This document shows, in pieces, positions 1 to 13,149 of a DNA stretch of 64,000 nt (positions within the stretch are counted from its first letter, which is position 1; each line of letters begins with the position of its first letter). Position numbers and translations under genes: made by a program. The notes under the pieces were generated by a model. The model was not told the DNA's origin, did no database searches, and was given only the letters and a program-made list of their open reading frames with translations. This DNA comes from Callorhinchus milii. Its lineage: Eukaryota. The stretch covers positions 27,716,001-27,780,000 of the forward strand of contig NW_024704742.1 of assembly GCF_018977255.1 (NCBI RefSeq), read 5' to 3'.

Positions 1-269
1 TATTGTGTGTACTGAGGTTTAACAATGCCATGACAGCAAATCAAAATGTTACTATCAATTTCACAACAATCTAACCCATTACTGTACTGAGTCCTTGAGC
101 GCACATGCTCTCTCATCCCATTCTTACTCTATAAAGAGCAGTGTTTTCTCTTTTAGTGTTGGCTTTTTGTATCGTTGTAATGGCTTATGCCACACTCGCA
201 ATATACATTTTGCTCTTCATCTTGAGGAAGTATCTAGATTGCTAGGTTACGGCACATTAGGGCAATGCA

Positions 270-700
270 TTGAATAAAATTTGCTTGGACTTTCAGATGC
301 ATTTGATAAATTTCCCACATGTGAAGCTTTCAGAAGAAGGTTAAAGCTCTAGAAATTGATGGCTTGTTAACTATCTAGATTGGAACTTTGCTTAATGAAA
401 GAACGGAAGTGGATGATAAATGGGAAAAGGACAGTGTCTGGTGGAGATCCACTGGGATCAGTGGGTCCTCGACTGTTTAAGCCTTTTCGGAGTGTTACCA
501 CATCTTGTAATTTTATAAATATTGCTTATGATAAGAAGCTCTGCAACCAGATGATAAGTGTAAGGATGATTGATAGTATTCAAAGGATCTGGACCAATTA
601 CTGTAAGTGGATGGGATAGGGGAAGTTAGATGAATTTTAATGTAGGTAAAGTTATACAGCCTAGATGAAGTATGTCCTTTAGCAAAGAGGGAAAACAAAA
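270..700 (+). mobile_element. Highly decayed CR1 LINE reverse-transcriptase fragment
   Basis: Degenerate RT motifs in the correct order: LDF..AFDK.PH (ttggactttcagatgcatttgataaatttcccacat), a [14 protein letters not shown] segment, a DDTKL-like segment and IQRDLD...W. Confidence 0.7.
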
Positions 701-872
701 ATAATTTGTGTCTGATGATTGACTGTTAACTGAAAGTCACTGTGAATCTCTTGTCAACACAGCTAATTATCATAAGACTTGCAGTTACCAAGCAGGGACA
801 TGGCATCAGACTGTATGACAGTTTTTTGTGAAGTTGATATGGATGATGGGTGAGCTCACGTTTGGTACAATA

Positions 873-1035
873 TCTTAGCATTTCAGAGTCTCTACACATT
901 GACAAATTGTTGAATTAAGTCTTTACTTTGAATCCATTTTTCTGGAATTCTTAATATAACTTACAGAAAACCAACTTGAAAATAAAGACTGTATTTAAGA
1001 ATTTGCCAAATGCTGGACAGGCTGAAATGCTAAGA
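873..1035. repeat. Fold-back element with 75-bp imperfect inverted arms (MITE-like)
   Basis: 873-947 versus the reverse complement of 961-1035 gives 54/75 ungapped identities. The outer 14 bp (TCTTAGCATTTCAG) are perfect; 13-nt spacer. Confidence 0.8.
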
Positions 1036-1084
1036 AAATAAAGACAATCTAGACTCAGTTTTATATTCTAAAGCTAAACTTGCA

Positions 1085-1480
1085 GGACTGAATGTATTTT
1101 CTTCAGAGAAAGGAAGATTGAGAAGGGAGCGCAATATAGATTCTCAAAATGTTGAGAGAAATGGATTATGTAAATTGCAAAAAATATATTTACATAGAAC
1201 GTGGAGTGCAGACCTAGAGGACATGAGTAAAACATTAACAGCCTCAAACATTGCTGAGATTAGAAGGGAATGATCTTCTCCTCAGGGGTGTTCAGAATAG
1301 ACTCCAAATCAAAGCAATTAATATTGCATTGATAACACCTTTTTAAAAAATAAAAAAAACAAATGTTTATCTGGTTCGTAACAGGTTTGAAGGTTATAAG
1401 GAAAAAAATAGATAATAAAAGAGCTATGTGGAATGTGATGTGGTGACTGCTAAACAGTTAGGACCTTGGAAATATCATAC
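1085..1480 (+). mobile_element. Decayed CR1 3' portion
   Basis: L.F.SLE.RRLRG-like segment, a TRGH-like segment (cctagagggacatgag) and an FFSQ.V-like segment, as in the better-preserved copy at 8370-8984. Confidence 0.55.
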
Positions 1481-1624
1481 CAAAGACGGCAATTGGTCAA
1501 GGATTGATAACATGGGATGTGAGATTGAACAGATATTCTAGAGTTTTGCTTGATTTAACGTTTGGGGAACAAAGAGAAACTTTGCAGAACATTTCATCAG
1601 GAGATTAAATGAGTTTTAGTTGAA

Positions 1625-1995
1625 GGTTTGAACGGACGCAGATGGTTGGAGGAATGAATGGAGGGGCTTGAGACATGCCTTGAAGAAGGCAAGGAAGGGA
1701 ACAAAGCAAAGTGATTGTGGGCTGGAATTCCAGATAATGGCACCAGAGAGACTGAAGTCCTGACTGCTGATGGTGGGGCGGACCGGGCAGGGGACATGGA
1801 GCAGGCCGGAGTCTGCTGAGCGGAGGGACGGACAGGTCAATGTGGAGTTAGCATGTCAGAGATAGAGGGAGCATCAAGGCCATGGAGGGCTTTGAAGATG
1901 AGGATAAGGATTTTGAACTCTATCCTCTGGGGGGCACAGGGAGTCAGTTGAACCGAGCGCGGATGGGGTTGATCAGGTCACGGAGCCTGGTGAAT
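1625..1995 (-). mobile_element. L2-clade LINE 3' fragment
   Basis: Homologous to the 3' part of the element at 27610-29976 (SLRSADSGLLHVP; gatgaggataaggattttgaactc). Confidence 0.8.
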
Positions 1996-2379
1996 GATCT
2001 GTTTTAAATTAATGTTTTAAATTAATACTTGACAATTAATACGAGAGGTGAAGTTAAAAACATGTCTTATTTAAAGAATAAAACCAATTTTTTCTCTCTC
2101 ATACTTTTTACTGAACCACATGCCAAGGCGGTAGGCAGGTGAGCTGGTGCCAGCCTTCTGTCATTGCCACTTTGAAGTCAGCCACAAGAAAGATAACATT
2201 CCCTTCTTGTGGAAAAGCATTTCACTCTTTTGCACCTCATGTGGTTTCTGTGGGAAGGACTTGTCATGAACTTTGCTTCACCACAATCTCCCAGAACCTG
2301 ATCTTCTTTGGGAAGAGGGAGAATTTTATTCAGGTCATCTTTTCACATTGGAACTTGAGCTCAAGGTACAGGCTGACAT

Positions 2380-2705
2380 GCCCTGCAAGTGCAATACTGG
2401 CAGAGGAGGACTGCAATGTTGGACATACTTGTCTGTCTTTTGGTTGAGACATTAAATTGCAGGTTGTGCTCACCTGATTAGGTGGATGTTAAAGATCTCT
2501 TTATACTATTCGAAAAGAGAAGGGAGTTTCTCTTTGTATTTTGTCCAACCATCCTCCAGATAAATTAGTCATTCACCTGTAATAACTATTTTTTAGGTTC
2601 CTACAAATGGCTGCAAAAAGACATTTACTACATTAATTGCTTGCTTCTGAGTGCTTTGAGATGTTTTGATGCGATAAAGTGCTTTAAAATACAAGTTACT
2701 TTGTT
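2380..2705 (+). mobile_element. Old Deu-domain-type SINE (SacSINE1/AmnSINE-like), decayed
   Basis: tgtcttttggttgagacattaaa...ggtggatgttaaagatct... followed by the shared 3' region ending gtgctttaaaatacaag. Confidence 0.65.
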
Positions 2706-2955
2706 TTCATTGTTTTTTCTTTGGTAAAATTCCATATTCTCTCAATATGTTTGACTATTAGAGAGCACATTTCAAATCAACTCTTTCTTGAATATGTATG
2801 TCATTGACCAAATATGATGTGGGTTTGTTTAAAATAGCGCTGATTCAAAAATAATCCTGTCTGTTATGTGTTACGTGCAGATTAACAATAATATGTGCTA
2901 GCTTGCAAATCTATTTCTAACCAAGATCCTGTGAAAATGATAATTTTCCAGGGGG

Positions 2956-3207
2956 TAGGGTGGCCATATTTTGTCGACCAAATCTAGGGACATNAAAAAA
3001 ATTGAACTCACCACAATTGCTGGCAGGCAGTACTGGAGAAGCTTGTTGGATTAATGACTGTATTTCTCTGATGATTGTATCGGTTTTAGACTTTTTTAGA
3101 CCTTGCTCAGTTTGTTGCTGAACTCAACACAGTGCAAATTTGGCCCCAGGAATACAATATCTCATTTGGGGACTGTGCCCGGAAATCAGGAATATTTGGT
3201 CACCCTA
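2956..3207. mobile_element. Non-autonomous hAT (Blackjack-type) MITE
   Basis: Termini TAGGGTGGCCATATTTT and AATATTTGGTCACCCTA (reverse complement TAGGGTGACCAAATATT), with subterminal GGGAC motifs. No clean 8-bp TSD. Confidence 0.7.
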
Positions 3208-4869
3208 TGCTAGGGGAATGTTGAAACTTCCACCACTTCAAAGTTCACTGTGTGGGCTGAAAGTCATGGCATTTCAATGTTAATAATAATAATAATAATA
3301 ATCCTTGCATTTGATATGGCATAAACTTTGGTGATATAAATAATAAAACAGTGAAACAAAAAAAGGCATTTTGCACCTTGATCTGTAAAATGTCAAACTC
3401 AGGGCCCAGTGTTAAAAATGCTGCAAGTTGGCTCACTGACTACAGAAATAACACTAATGCTCATAGTGCAGTCAGACTGTTATGCTGATTATGTATAGCT
3501 TCTTTCTCGCTGTTTTTTAGCAGCCATTTGCAGGAACCTAAAACAACACCACACAAGCTGTGTTGCTGTGGCTATTGATCCCTGCAGCCTCCAGAATTGT
3601 TAACGATGAACCTCTGTCTCCAGAAAGCTACTTATCATTCATTGTACATCTGATAATAATAATAATAATATTTTATTATTACATATGTGATACTAACTGG
3701 ACTAATTGTTATTATACTACCATTTTAATAATATATTTTAACATAATGTTATTGTTCTACATATAATCATCAATCACTGAATTTCCATGCAATTGACTGC
3801 AGTTTATTTCTCAGTAAACCTGCAGGAACCGTGCTGTGACTGTTAATCTTTTCATGTATCAGGTAATCTGCACAGAACTGGATGGGGAGGTAACCTGTTG
3901 ATGCAAAATATTAAAAGACCAGCTGGGATTTATTTCAACTAGATTTGGAAGGAAAGAGGCTAAAATGTTGGTGAACATAAATAACCAATGGAAAGCTGTT
4001 GTCCTATAGGACATAGTGTTATTCGAGGAACAAAAAACAAATCACATTGAAAAGCATGCCTTCAGCCCCACTTTGTAATAGTTTGTTCCTTTCCATATCC
4101 CAGCGGCTGCCATTTAAAAAAAATTAAAGCAGTATTTTTTGCTTTGTAAACTGTCTACACTAGAGTGGTCTCTTCTATTTTTTATTTGATATTTCTTTTT
4201 CCAAAATTGATCTAAAAGCCTCAGCCCAAGGCCTCTTAAGCCAATTTTGAAATGTTGGCATGGTTGATTTTGGCTCTATGTTGACACACCAACCCTCAAA
4301 AAAATAGCTGCAGATCAATGCCATTCTAATGGGGTTTTGGGTCCGTAACTTCAGGTCCTTTCAATGCTTTCAGATTACCCAATCGCTCCTGACATCAGTT
4401 TCTGTGATTTGTGAGAAACGTGTGCAGAGAACGAGATGGGAAGCTAACCAACTGGTGCAAAACATTAAAAGATTAGTTGCCACTGATGTAACATCACAAT
4501 CCATTGTGCATGTTTACTATGTGCCAAAAGTGCTCTATTGTCACTTCCAGTCAATCAGATGCACTTCCTGCTCATCGCATGCATAGCAAGTTCAAACGTG
4601 ATAAGTCTACTGCACTTCTAGTATAGCAAACTACCAGTCAACAGCCTTCTCTGCTATAAAAGGACTCGCTTTGTAACAATTCACATAATAATGCGGTTGA
4701 TCTCTATTAAGCCAAATAAACCTAGAACTCTGCAATTTCCATAACAGAAAATGCTTGCTTCAAATGTAAGAAATAACGTCAAATGCTGAGATCTGCAAAG
4801 GAACAAATCATTTACATGGTGGCAGTGTGGTGGTAGTTAAGGAATGCACAAAACCAAGCCAAATAAAGA

Positions 4870-5550
4870 ATTGTTCAAGCAGGAATGAGAATGAGTTGAA
4901 ACACATGCTGCTTAAAACAGCATACAATGCAATGAGTGGATATTTTACTAACATCACAGAAACACATCTGCGAGTGGAGTTTGGGCCCAAGACAGCGCTG
5001 GGGCCGGACAGATTATTTTGCAGAAAGATTCTAGATGAAAAAAAATAACAATAAGGGAAATCATCAGCAGGGTGGATGCTGCAGCAGAAGGGAAGATGAC
5101 AGAGTCAATTTGAGTGGATATTAGCAATGATAAGGGCAAGAAAACAATAATATTGACTTCCTGCTCGACCTGAACAGGTAGATGGCAAGCTATGTAGGCA
5201 AATAAAGGAGATTACTACCATGAATGATGAGGGACTTTAATATCCCAGCGTTCATCTGAAAGGGTAGGGTTCAAAAACAAGCAATTCCTTACAGGTATAA
5301 ATGACTCCTTTGTGACATGTGTGAAGCATGGTAAGAGGTACCTGCTAAATGTTTAGCAGTCCACCAGACTTGATTAATAACCTTGAAGTCTGATGCACAC
5401 TTTTACCCTTGCTGTCATTAGATTTGACGTCTTGATAAAGGCTGGTTTAATAGAACTACTGATGTGAAAGTCTTTGAACTAACTGTGAGAGAACCTTTTC
5501 TATAAAAATAATTAAATAGACTTGGGAAATTGAATCTAGGACATAATTGG
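4870..5550 (+). mobile_element. Highly decayed CR1 ORF2 APE-endonuclease region
   Basis: Motif order RN..ELK..., ITET.L, RLF.RK, ESI.VDI.N.KGKKTI, LCRQIKE, M.DFNIP, INDSF, with stops and frameshifts. Confidence 0.6.
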
Positions 5551-5744
5551 GCTTGTATTTCGGAGTACCTATATTTTAAGAAATGCCGAAGGAAAAGATA
5601 TACATACAGTAGAGAGCAGTGATCTGCATTTTGATTGGACCCATTGTGGATAAGCAAATGATGCAGATAATTGGTTCTAACACAAAGTACAAATTGACTA
5701 AATTGGAAATTAAATCAAATCTTTCATAAGGAGCCTTAACACCC

Positions 5745-5890
5745 TCATTCTCTCTTTATTTCTCTTTTAATCTGATTCTCTCTCTAACATTCCCTTTCTT
5801 TCCGAATTTTTATTTCTCTTTCTCCCCTTCTGTGAGTCTCTCTAGCTTTTTATCTTTATCTCTCTGATTCTCTCCCTGTCTATCCCTACA
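5745..5890. repeat. CT-rich low-complexity tract
   Basis: Near-pure pyrimidine (TC)n/(TTTC)n-like sequence. Confidence 0.8.
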
Positions 5891-6779
5891 CTAATGCCGT
5901 TAAATGAACACTTAGCCTCTCATTGCCAGTTCACAATGTTTGAGTAATTTGTGGCCTAGCTACCTCGTACACATGCACGGTGGTGGTTTTTTTTGCAATT
6001 ATCGCAGTCCAACATTCGCTTTCACATCAGAACCTGATGCGGATAAATGGACATGTGATAGTTGGATACCTGACATTCTAATGCACATAGGAAACAAACA
6101 AATTAGCAAAAATAAAGTGCTCAAAAATAACTTGCAGGTCAACAATACTTGATTCACTTATCTTAGCAAAAATGTAGACATGAAAAATGAGGGCATTATA
6201 ATTAAGTAATATTTAAACCAATAAATCATCCGCATTTAACACAACCTTGAACATTCCTACCTACTGCCACTCAAAAATTTGTGTAAAGAAAAAGAACAGT
6301 CATTTGAGCTTTTGAAAGCTAACAAGGAGAAACTTTTGCAGATTACACAAGTGAAAGGCACGTCGGAAACTATATTTTAGCTCAGACCTGCAGTTAGTCA
6401 GGATGGAAAAGGTCACAAAATATAAGTGGGAGGTGATAACTGAAAATGGTTAATAGTCATGCATTGCCATGTCTGTGTCTGAAAGGATTGACTTCAAGGT
6501 CCTCAAACTTACTTACAAATCTCTTCACCCCCCAGTGTCTGTGGATGCTCCTACTTATCACAAAGGCTGTGACTGTGTTGTGCTATCTAGTTTATGAAGC
6601 CTTACATGGACAGTTCACTATTAGTACTGAACTGCAAGTGCAGGTACAGATCATCAGTGGCTTCAAACATTGATGGCACGGAGATACCACCGAGACCTAT
6701 CAGGCAATCCCAGTAGCATTTTAGAAGCTGGCTTACTGTGGGATTACCGTATACAGTTCTGGTGACTGTGACATAAAGG

Positions 6780-7230
6780 GCTGCTCAGGCTCTAGAGACA
6801 GTGCAAAGGAGAGCAACAAAGATAATCACCAGTGTTGGAGAAATCAGCTATGAGAGGTGATTAGGCAAGTTAGGGCTCTTCAATCTTGAGAGAAGATGTC
6901 TCAGAGGATCCCAAATATAGGGACCCTCTGAGACATAACCTTTTTTTAATGGGATTGAAAAGTAAACTCAGAACAATAGTTTAGGATGCACCTAGACAGT
7001 TGTCAAGACAACATAAGTTGAGAGTTGTAAAGGGCAATTTAAGGACAAATACCAGAAATTTTCTCTTTACTCAGGGGATTATAAATAACTAGAACAAGTT
7101 CCCAACAAGGGGGATTGAGGCCAGGGCACGGTTGATGCTGTGTTGGGAGGATGGTACACTGGGTATTCTGGAAGGAAGAGAACAGATGGGTAGAAGAGCC
7201 TTATTCATCTGAACTAATCTTGAGATTGTG
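6780..7230 (+). mobile_element. CR1 3' fragment
   Basis: ALE.VQRRATK.I, SYE..L..LGLF.L.RR.LR and FTQ..IN motifs, plus a decayed 3' UTR. Confidence 0.75.
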
Positions 7231-7718
7231 GGAACCCGCAACTTCCTGATTCAGAAGCGAGAGTGCTACGAACTGAGCCAAGCTGTCACCTCTTTTACTC
7301 ATATTGTCAATGAACGTGCATTTTGCTTTGTTTAAGAAAAGAATATCAGTTCCCAGATTTTTGAATCTTTAAAGATTCATAGATATGAAGGTCACAGTTA
7401 GAACAAGCGAAGAAGCTTGAAAACCGACTCTACCCTTAAGAACAGAGACAGTCTGAAAAGTGGTTTGATAGGGAAATAAAGGGTAGGCTGTCAGCAAAGG
7501 GATTTCACTGTCTTTGTTTCAATAACAGAGAGAAGCTCTGTATCACAAATCAAAATTAATGAGGCAGAGATAATTAAAAAAAAACACCAGCACCATTACA
7601 AATTACACTGACATATAAAATATCAGGTCAGCTTGTTTTAGCAACAGTTACTACCACAACTGGTTAGCAGATTATTAAAGTTATGAGAATAACAAAATCT
7701 TTTTTGCCTCTTTTCTAG

Positions 7719-7834
7719 GTCACTGTATTACAGGTTGATTGAGGAGTGTGTGGCCCAGATCGTTTTACAGAAGCACGGTGCAGATCCTGACTTCAACTGC
7801 AGAAAGTTTCCTGTCAACGTGCATCACTTGTTGG
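7719..7834 (+). CDS. DIAPH1-like: Internal coding exon (116 nt, phase 2 to phase 1) of a Diaphanous-related formin, FH3/dimerisation region
   Basis: Acceptor tttttgcctcttttctAG, donor G|GTAAGA. Translates (R)SLYYRLIEECVAQIVLQKHGADPDFNCRKFPVNVHHLL(D), matching the recalled human DIAPH1 segment [40 protein letters not shown] with the same length. Confidence 0.93.
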
Positions 7835-8329
7835 GTAAGACATAAACATAGCACAAAAGCTTCTTCAATTGTCATAACTCCACATGTAACTGTAGTCAGT
7901 AAATATACGTGTATATACAGTTATATAGCTATGTTTCTTTCGATTCTTTTCAAAGTTGAAAAAAATCTTCCACTGTCGATTATTTTAAAATCAGACCTTT
8001 TCAACTTATTCAGAACGTGGTTAGATTATTTTCATGGGAGTCACAACCTCAGATGTGAGCAGGCATCATTGTGCCAAGTGTATTGAACTTCTGACTATCT
8101 GCAATGAGAAAGAATGGCCCTTGTAGGAATGGGTCGAGTGAGAAAAGCATTGGAACCAGTGGGAAAGGTTTATTGCCCATCCTAGTTGTTCTGAGCAGGC
8201 ATTGGTTAGCATCCTCTTTGAACCATTTCAGACCTTGTGGTGAGGGTGCTCCCATGCTAGTTGATGGAGATACTCTGAAGATTTTGACCTCACTGTTGGT
8301 CTTCAAAAAAAATTAAAATTGAAATATTA

Positions 8330-9130
8330 ATAATTTAGTCACTCAATCCATGACTGTTCATGGGACACTTGGCATTTGTTACAAAAGGGTTAGAATATAA
8401 GAGTAGGGAAGTCTTGCTGCAACTGTATAAGGCCCTGGTGAGACCGCACTAAGAGTATTGCGTGCAGTTTTGGTCTCCTTATTTAAGAAAGTATGTACTC
8501 GCCTTGGAGGGGGTACAACGTAGATTCACTAGGTTGATACTAGGGATGAGGGGGATGAGTTATGAGGATAGTTTGAGCAATTTAGGCCCATATTCTCTAG
8601 AATATAGAAGATTGAGAGATGATCGTATAGAAACCTATAAGATTATTTAGGGGCACGACAGAATAGATAGTGGGAGACTTTATCCCCTGGTTGGAATAAC
8701 CAGGGGTCACAGTCTTAAAATTTGGGGTAAGCCCTTTCGCACTGAGTTGAGGAAAGACTTCTTCACTCAGAGGGTAGTGAATTTATGGAATTTTCTATCC
8801 CAAAGGGCGGTAGATGCTCAGTCCTTGAACATATTCAAGACTGAGATTGATAGATTTCTTGTGGATAAAGGGATATGGGGATAAGGTGGGTAGGTGGAGT
8901 TAGAATAGCTTATTGAATGGCGGGGCAGGCTAGAGGGGCCGAATGGCCTACTCCTGCTCCTAATTCTTATGTTCTTATGTTCTTGTGACACTGCTGTGCA
9001 CAATTGGCTGCTGCGTTCAACCACAAAATATACAGTCAATGCACTTCAAAGTATATTCTGTGAAGCGCTTAGAGATGTCTCGAAGATGTGATAAAGCGCT
9101 ATATCAAATGCAAGGATGATTATTATTATT
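8330..9130 (+). mobile_element. SINE 3' portion split by the CR1 (8330-8369 plus 8985-9130)
   Basis: caatccatgactgttcatgggacact ... gacactgctgtgcacaattggctgc...gcgctatatcaaatgcaagg(att)n is collinear with intact SINE copies. Confidence 0.85.
8370..8984 (+). mobile_element. Relatively young 5'-truncated CR1 LINE inserted into a SINE
   Basis: LYKALVRPH..YCVQFWSPYLRK.VLALEGVQRRFTRLI..., 3' UTR GGCCGAATGGCCTACTCCTGCTCC and tail (TTCTTATG)n. Flanked by GGGACACT / GTGACACT. Confidence 0.95.
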
Positions 9131-10999
9131 GTCAAGTCCCTCTTCTCTTGTCCACTTTGACCATTTCCCCCTAAGGTGCACCCTGTATTGTTTGCTTGCT
9201 GTTACTCAGTGATTATTTCCTCCATCCTCCATATGCACAGCCAACGCCCCTTTGCACATTACCACCCCTTGTTCATTCTAGCCCTCACTACCTGTTCCTC
9301 TGCTCTTTTGTCCATATCTGGCTCGCACTCTCGCCTCAATTGTGACTCTCCTTCCTGCCACTAAACACTCCTCTTCTCAGAAGAGATTTTCTCAGCAGCA
9401 TTCATACTGATCAAATTACCTCTCACCCAAGAAGTGACCCTGAAAAAGTGGGAACGGAACAGACGTGCATGCAAGATTTTATATCTGAGGCTGCCGGCTG
9501 CTTTGTATTTTTGTGTTTGCAATATCCTGATTAAATGAGTCAAGATTTGCTGATTAGCCAAGTGAATGCAAATATAATAATATTGAGCAATGGAGCTGGG
9601 AGCCCCAGAGAGACATCAGGGTGGGGGGCGGGGGGTGGAGGAGGAAGAGGGTTTATTTGAAAAAAAACACAGCCACTCTGGTGCTGGTTGGAATTCGCAA
9701 CCATCCAGCTCAAGAAAACATTGCTCGTTACAGTTAGAAACGGGCCAGGTGGAAACTCTAGACACTACATATACTTTCATCCCTTTGGGGAATCTCAATT
9801 AGTCTCGGTGGTGGAGAGAGGGAGATCAGCTCTGCCTTTTGACTCAATGGTACAAAGATTAACCATTTCCTACCTGACTTGGATTACAGTAGCTATGCTC
9901 ACTCCCTTCGTCATTCCTCTCTCTGGATGCAATATTACTGTCTGGAACCAATGGATGGGAAAGGTTTAATTGTTACTGAGAAGGTGATAATACCATCCTG
10001 CAGGTGGAATACTGTATCACAGTTTTACTAGTTTGAGATAAAATGTGTGGATCATCTGCTGTAATTGTTTTTGTGGTTTTGTGGTTTTGCCTTCAATTCT
10101 CTTTTTTTTCCCTAGTTTATCACATTTTGGTTAAAACAGAAACTCGAATCCCCTGAGACACATTTCAGATGATAACATTAAAGAACTTAACATTTTCAAT
10201 TGAGTTCATCCCTGGGTTCCATTTGAAAAGGGAGAAGCAATATTCTCTATTACAGCATCACACGACAAAAGAGGCAAAACAATGCAAAATCACATACCTA
10301 TCCATCAAGCGAAATTCAGACAATCGTGAGCTGTTGTGATGAAAGGATGTGGTATCTATTAGGAATCTGTCCTCAAGGACTCATGATTATGAGCGAACAC
10401 TAATATTAAAATGTTATAGTCATCTTTCCTGAGAAGGTGCACCTCCATGAATTGTGTTCCTAATTGAATTTACTAGGAGTCACAAGGCCTCCTGTTGAAA
10501 CTGCTATTCATCCCGCTCCATGAGTGTCAAATATAATGTGCAGAGGCAATTTGTGACATGAATGAGAGGTAGTTCAAGGGCTGTCCTATGAAATAAAACA
10601 ATTAAGTCTCGTTTTGAAAAAACGGGGAACAAAGGATTTGTGATGTATGTAGAATAATGAATTCCTGAAAGTGACTGCAAGGCAGCAATTGATTCAAGGG
10701 GTTCAGACAAAGTTGTAAATGGTGAGAACCCTAAAATGACATTACAGAAGGTCATAAGATTGATTCAAATGAAGAAGGCCCTCTGACTCATTTGATCTCA
10801 TCATTTCAAAATTCTAATCATAATGTCTTTCTATCACTGTTTTTTAAATGAGTCCAGAATCCTGACCTCAATTCTTACTAGCAATTTTGTTCCAGTTGTT
10901 AATTACTTTCTAGGTAAAGAAATACAGCAATGAATCTGACAATAGTGTATTGGTCTGTCTCAAGGACTGATGGCACATTATGTCATCTCATCATAAGAC

Positions 11000-11400
11000 A
11001 TTGTCCTTGAGAGGGTGCAGAAGAGAGCAGTGAGGATGATTCCAGATAGTAGGATTGCACACTGTGTGGCTTGTTAAGAAAATTGTTTTTGTTTGTTTTG
11101 TAAAAAAAGAGAATTTGAGGTGACCCAATTCACAGTTTCATTATGATGGGGATTGACAAGGCAGATGCAGGCAGAATTATCTGCTATGCTTAAGGGTTCA
11201 GGTACCAAAGGTCACGGGTTTAAAATAATAAAGTTAGCAATAAAAAGGGGGAAGCCAGGCATAACTCTTTTTTGCACAAAGTGTCATAGACTTATGAAAT
11301 AAGTAAGGAAGGCTATCGTAATGAATGATTTCAATGGGTTCAAGAAGGAAATAGAGTTGCTTCTGAAAAGTGATGGGATTGAAGATACAGTGGGTAGGTG
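11000..11400 (+). mobile_element. Decayed CR1 3' fragment
   Basis: LERVQKRAVRMIP and TKGHGFK motifs. Confidence 0.65.
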
Positions 11401-11424
11401 AAAATCAAAATAAGGTAAGGTGTC

Positions 11425-11945
11425 AGTCTGGCTCAATTAATAGCACTCTTACCTGAGTCAGAAGGTTGTGGATTGAAGAAGTATGTTGGGATGTAGAATT
11501 CCCAATCTAGTATTATAATACTGACTGGAGGTGTGCTGCATTGTTGGAGGTGTCGTTCTACAGATGAAATGTTAAACTGAGGTTCCATGTGCCTGTTCAG
11601 GTGAATGTTAAAGATCCCTGCCAGAATTCGAGAAGAAAAAGAATTTCTTCTACAACAAAAACAGAAGTCGCTGACCTGCTGATGGGTTCCAAGCAACTTC
11701 TGTTTTTGTATCAGATTTCCAGGATCTTCAGTATTTTGCATTTTGTTTATAAGGAGCATCTTCTGTTGGTCCTGACCAATATTCCCCAAATTACATTAGT
11801 CACTCACTTCATGACTGCTTGTGGGACGTTGTTGAGCTGAAATTGGCTGTCACATTCACTTATAAATACACAGTCACTTTACTTCACATTGAAATCCTGA
11901 CAATTGCTTTGAGACATCTCAACAACATAAACTGTGATAAGATGG
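11425..11945 (+). mobile_element. Old tRNA-headed Deu-domain SINE (SacSINE1-like), interrupted at ~11652-11745 by a palindromic repeat
   Basis: Head ggctcaattaatagcactcttacctgagtcagaaggttgtgg; central tgttggaggtgtcgttctacagatgaaatgttaaactgagg...aaagatccc; shared 3' region. Confidence 0.75.
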
Positions 11946-13149
11946 CAAATTAGTGATAATTATATTGCTTTCAACTGTAGCTATGCAGCCACTAATAACT
12001 GTGTTTCAAACTACAAAATTCATTTTAGACAGGATCTTTACAGCCAGAAGACAAAATAATTAGAGATTTGATTTAAGCCCAGATCACGGGTATGAAAGGC
12101 AGTTTTGGTAAGACACTCAGTACTCCAATGAATTCAATAAGAACAGCAGCTGTATTTTCCCATTTAGAGTCCATCTGTCCTCTTTTTCCATTTAAATGTT
12201 GGTTGAAATAATTATCAGGATTGTTTTAATTGATTTACCTGGAGGTTTGGATGCTGACCCATCTTTTCAATGTCCTTTTGTTTGTGTTTTGAGAGAATGC
12301 ATAGATCTGAAGTAAACTTGGGTATTGTGTGTAAAGATATGATTGTAGCACATTAAAAATAACAGGCCCCAAAGCTTTTCTGAAATCAAGTTAGCAAAAC
12401 ATTGTAAGGACAGTCTGGGAGAGTTCTTGTTGTCACTGAGACAACTCGTCAACTGCCTATATTACACAGTATATCCATCTGTATGAAAATATCTATGTAT
12501 ATGAGGGAAAAAGGAAGAGAGGGGCTTAGGTGAGGTAGAGGCTCATGCACAACTAGTCCAAGCCAATTAAACATAGGCTCGGAATGATTGGGCCAAATGG
12601 TCTATTTCTGTGCTGTAAGGGTCTATGTTATTCTACATAATATGCAGTGCAACATTGGCAGGAGCCGGGTTGACCTTGAATTTTAAAATGTTACTTGCTG
12701 CAAGTTCTCGCTGAATCAAGACTGCATCCTTCCACTCTCCAATTCACCGCTGTCACTTTCAAAGATTGCTGAGCTGCAAAGCAAAGTGAATCACTAGGTT
12801 GCACACACTGTAATCAGAGCTGTCAGTGTGGAAAAATTGTTAGGAGTGATATTTGTGATCAGGAAGAGTGACATAGATCTCGAACCCATTTAATGCTATA
12901 GGGCCATGTTTATATATATTTTTAAGAATGACATACATCAAAATGAATCACATCTTCAAACCAAAATCAGAGATCGTCAGTCCTAATGAATGACATGCAG
13001 CAATCCTGCACTTGACTCCAATGCATTGCTGCTTTTTAAATAATTCCTGTTGTCAGCCTGGCCCAGTTGGTAGCTTTCTCACCTCTGGATCAGAAAGTTG
13101 TAGTGTCAAGCACTGCACCAGATAGAATGTGAGCTGAGATGGAAGGATT

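Noticed and set aside
2994..2994. Single N base
   Set aside because: Assembly ambiguity next to an A-run; no biological meaning.
3560..3766. PESYLSFIVHL as the preceding DIAPH exon (AE..FLSILQH)
   Set aside because: It runs into an (ATA)n repeat, lacks RNDY and has no phase-2 donor; chance similarity.
7739..8086. 115-aa ORF from the track overlapping the first exon
   Set aside because: Wrong frame. The DIAPH frame is different and bounded by splice sites. Most other short ORFs in the track are likewise chance or repeat-derived.
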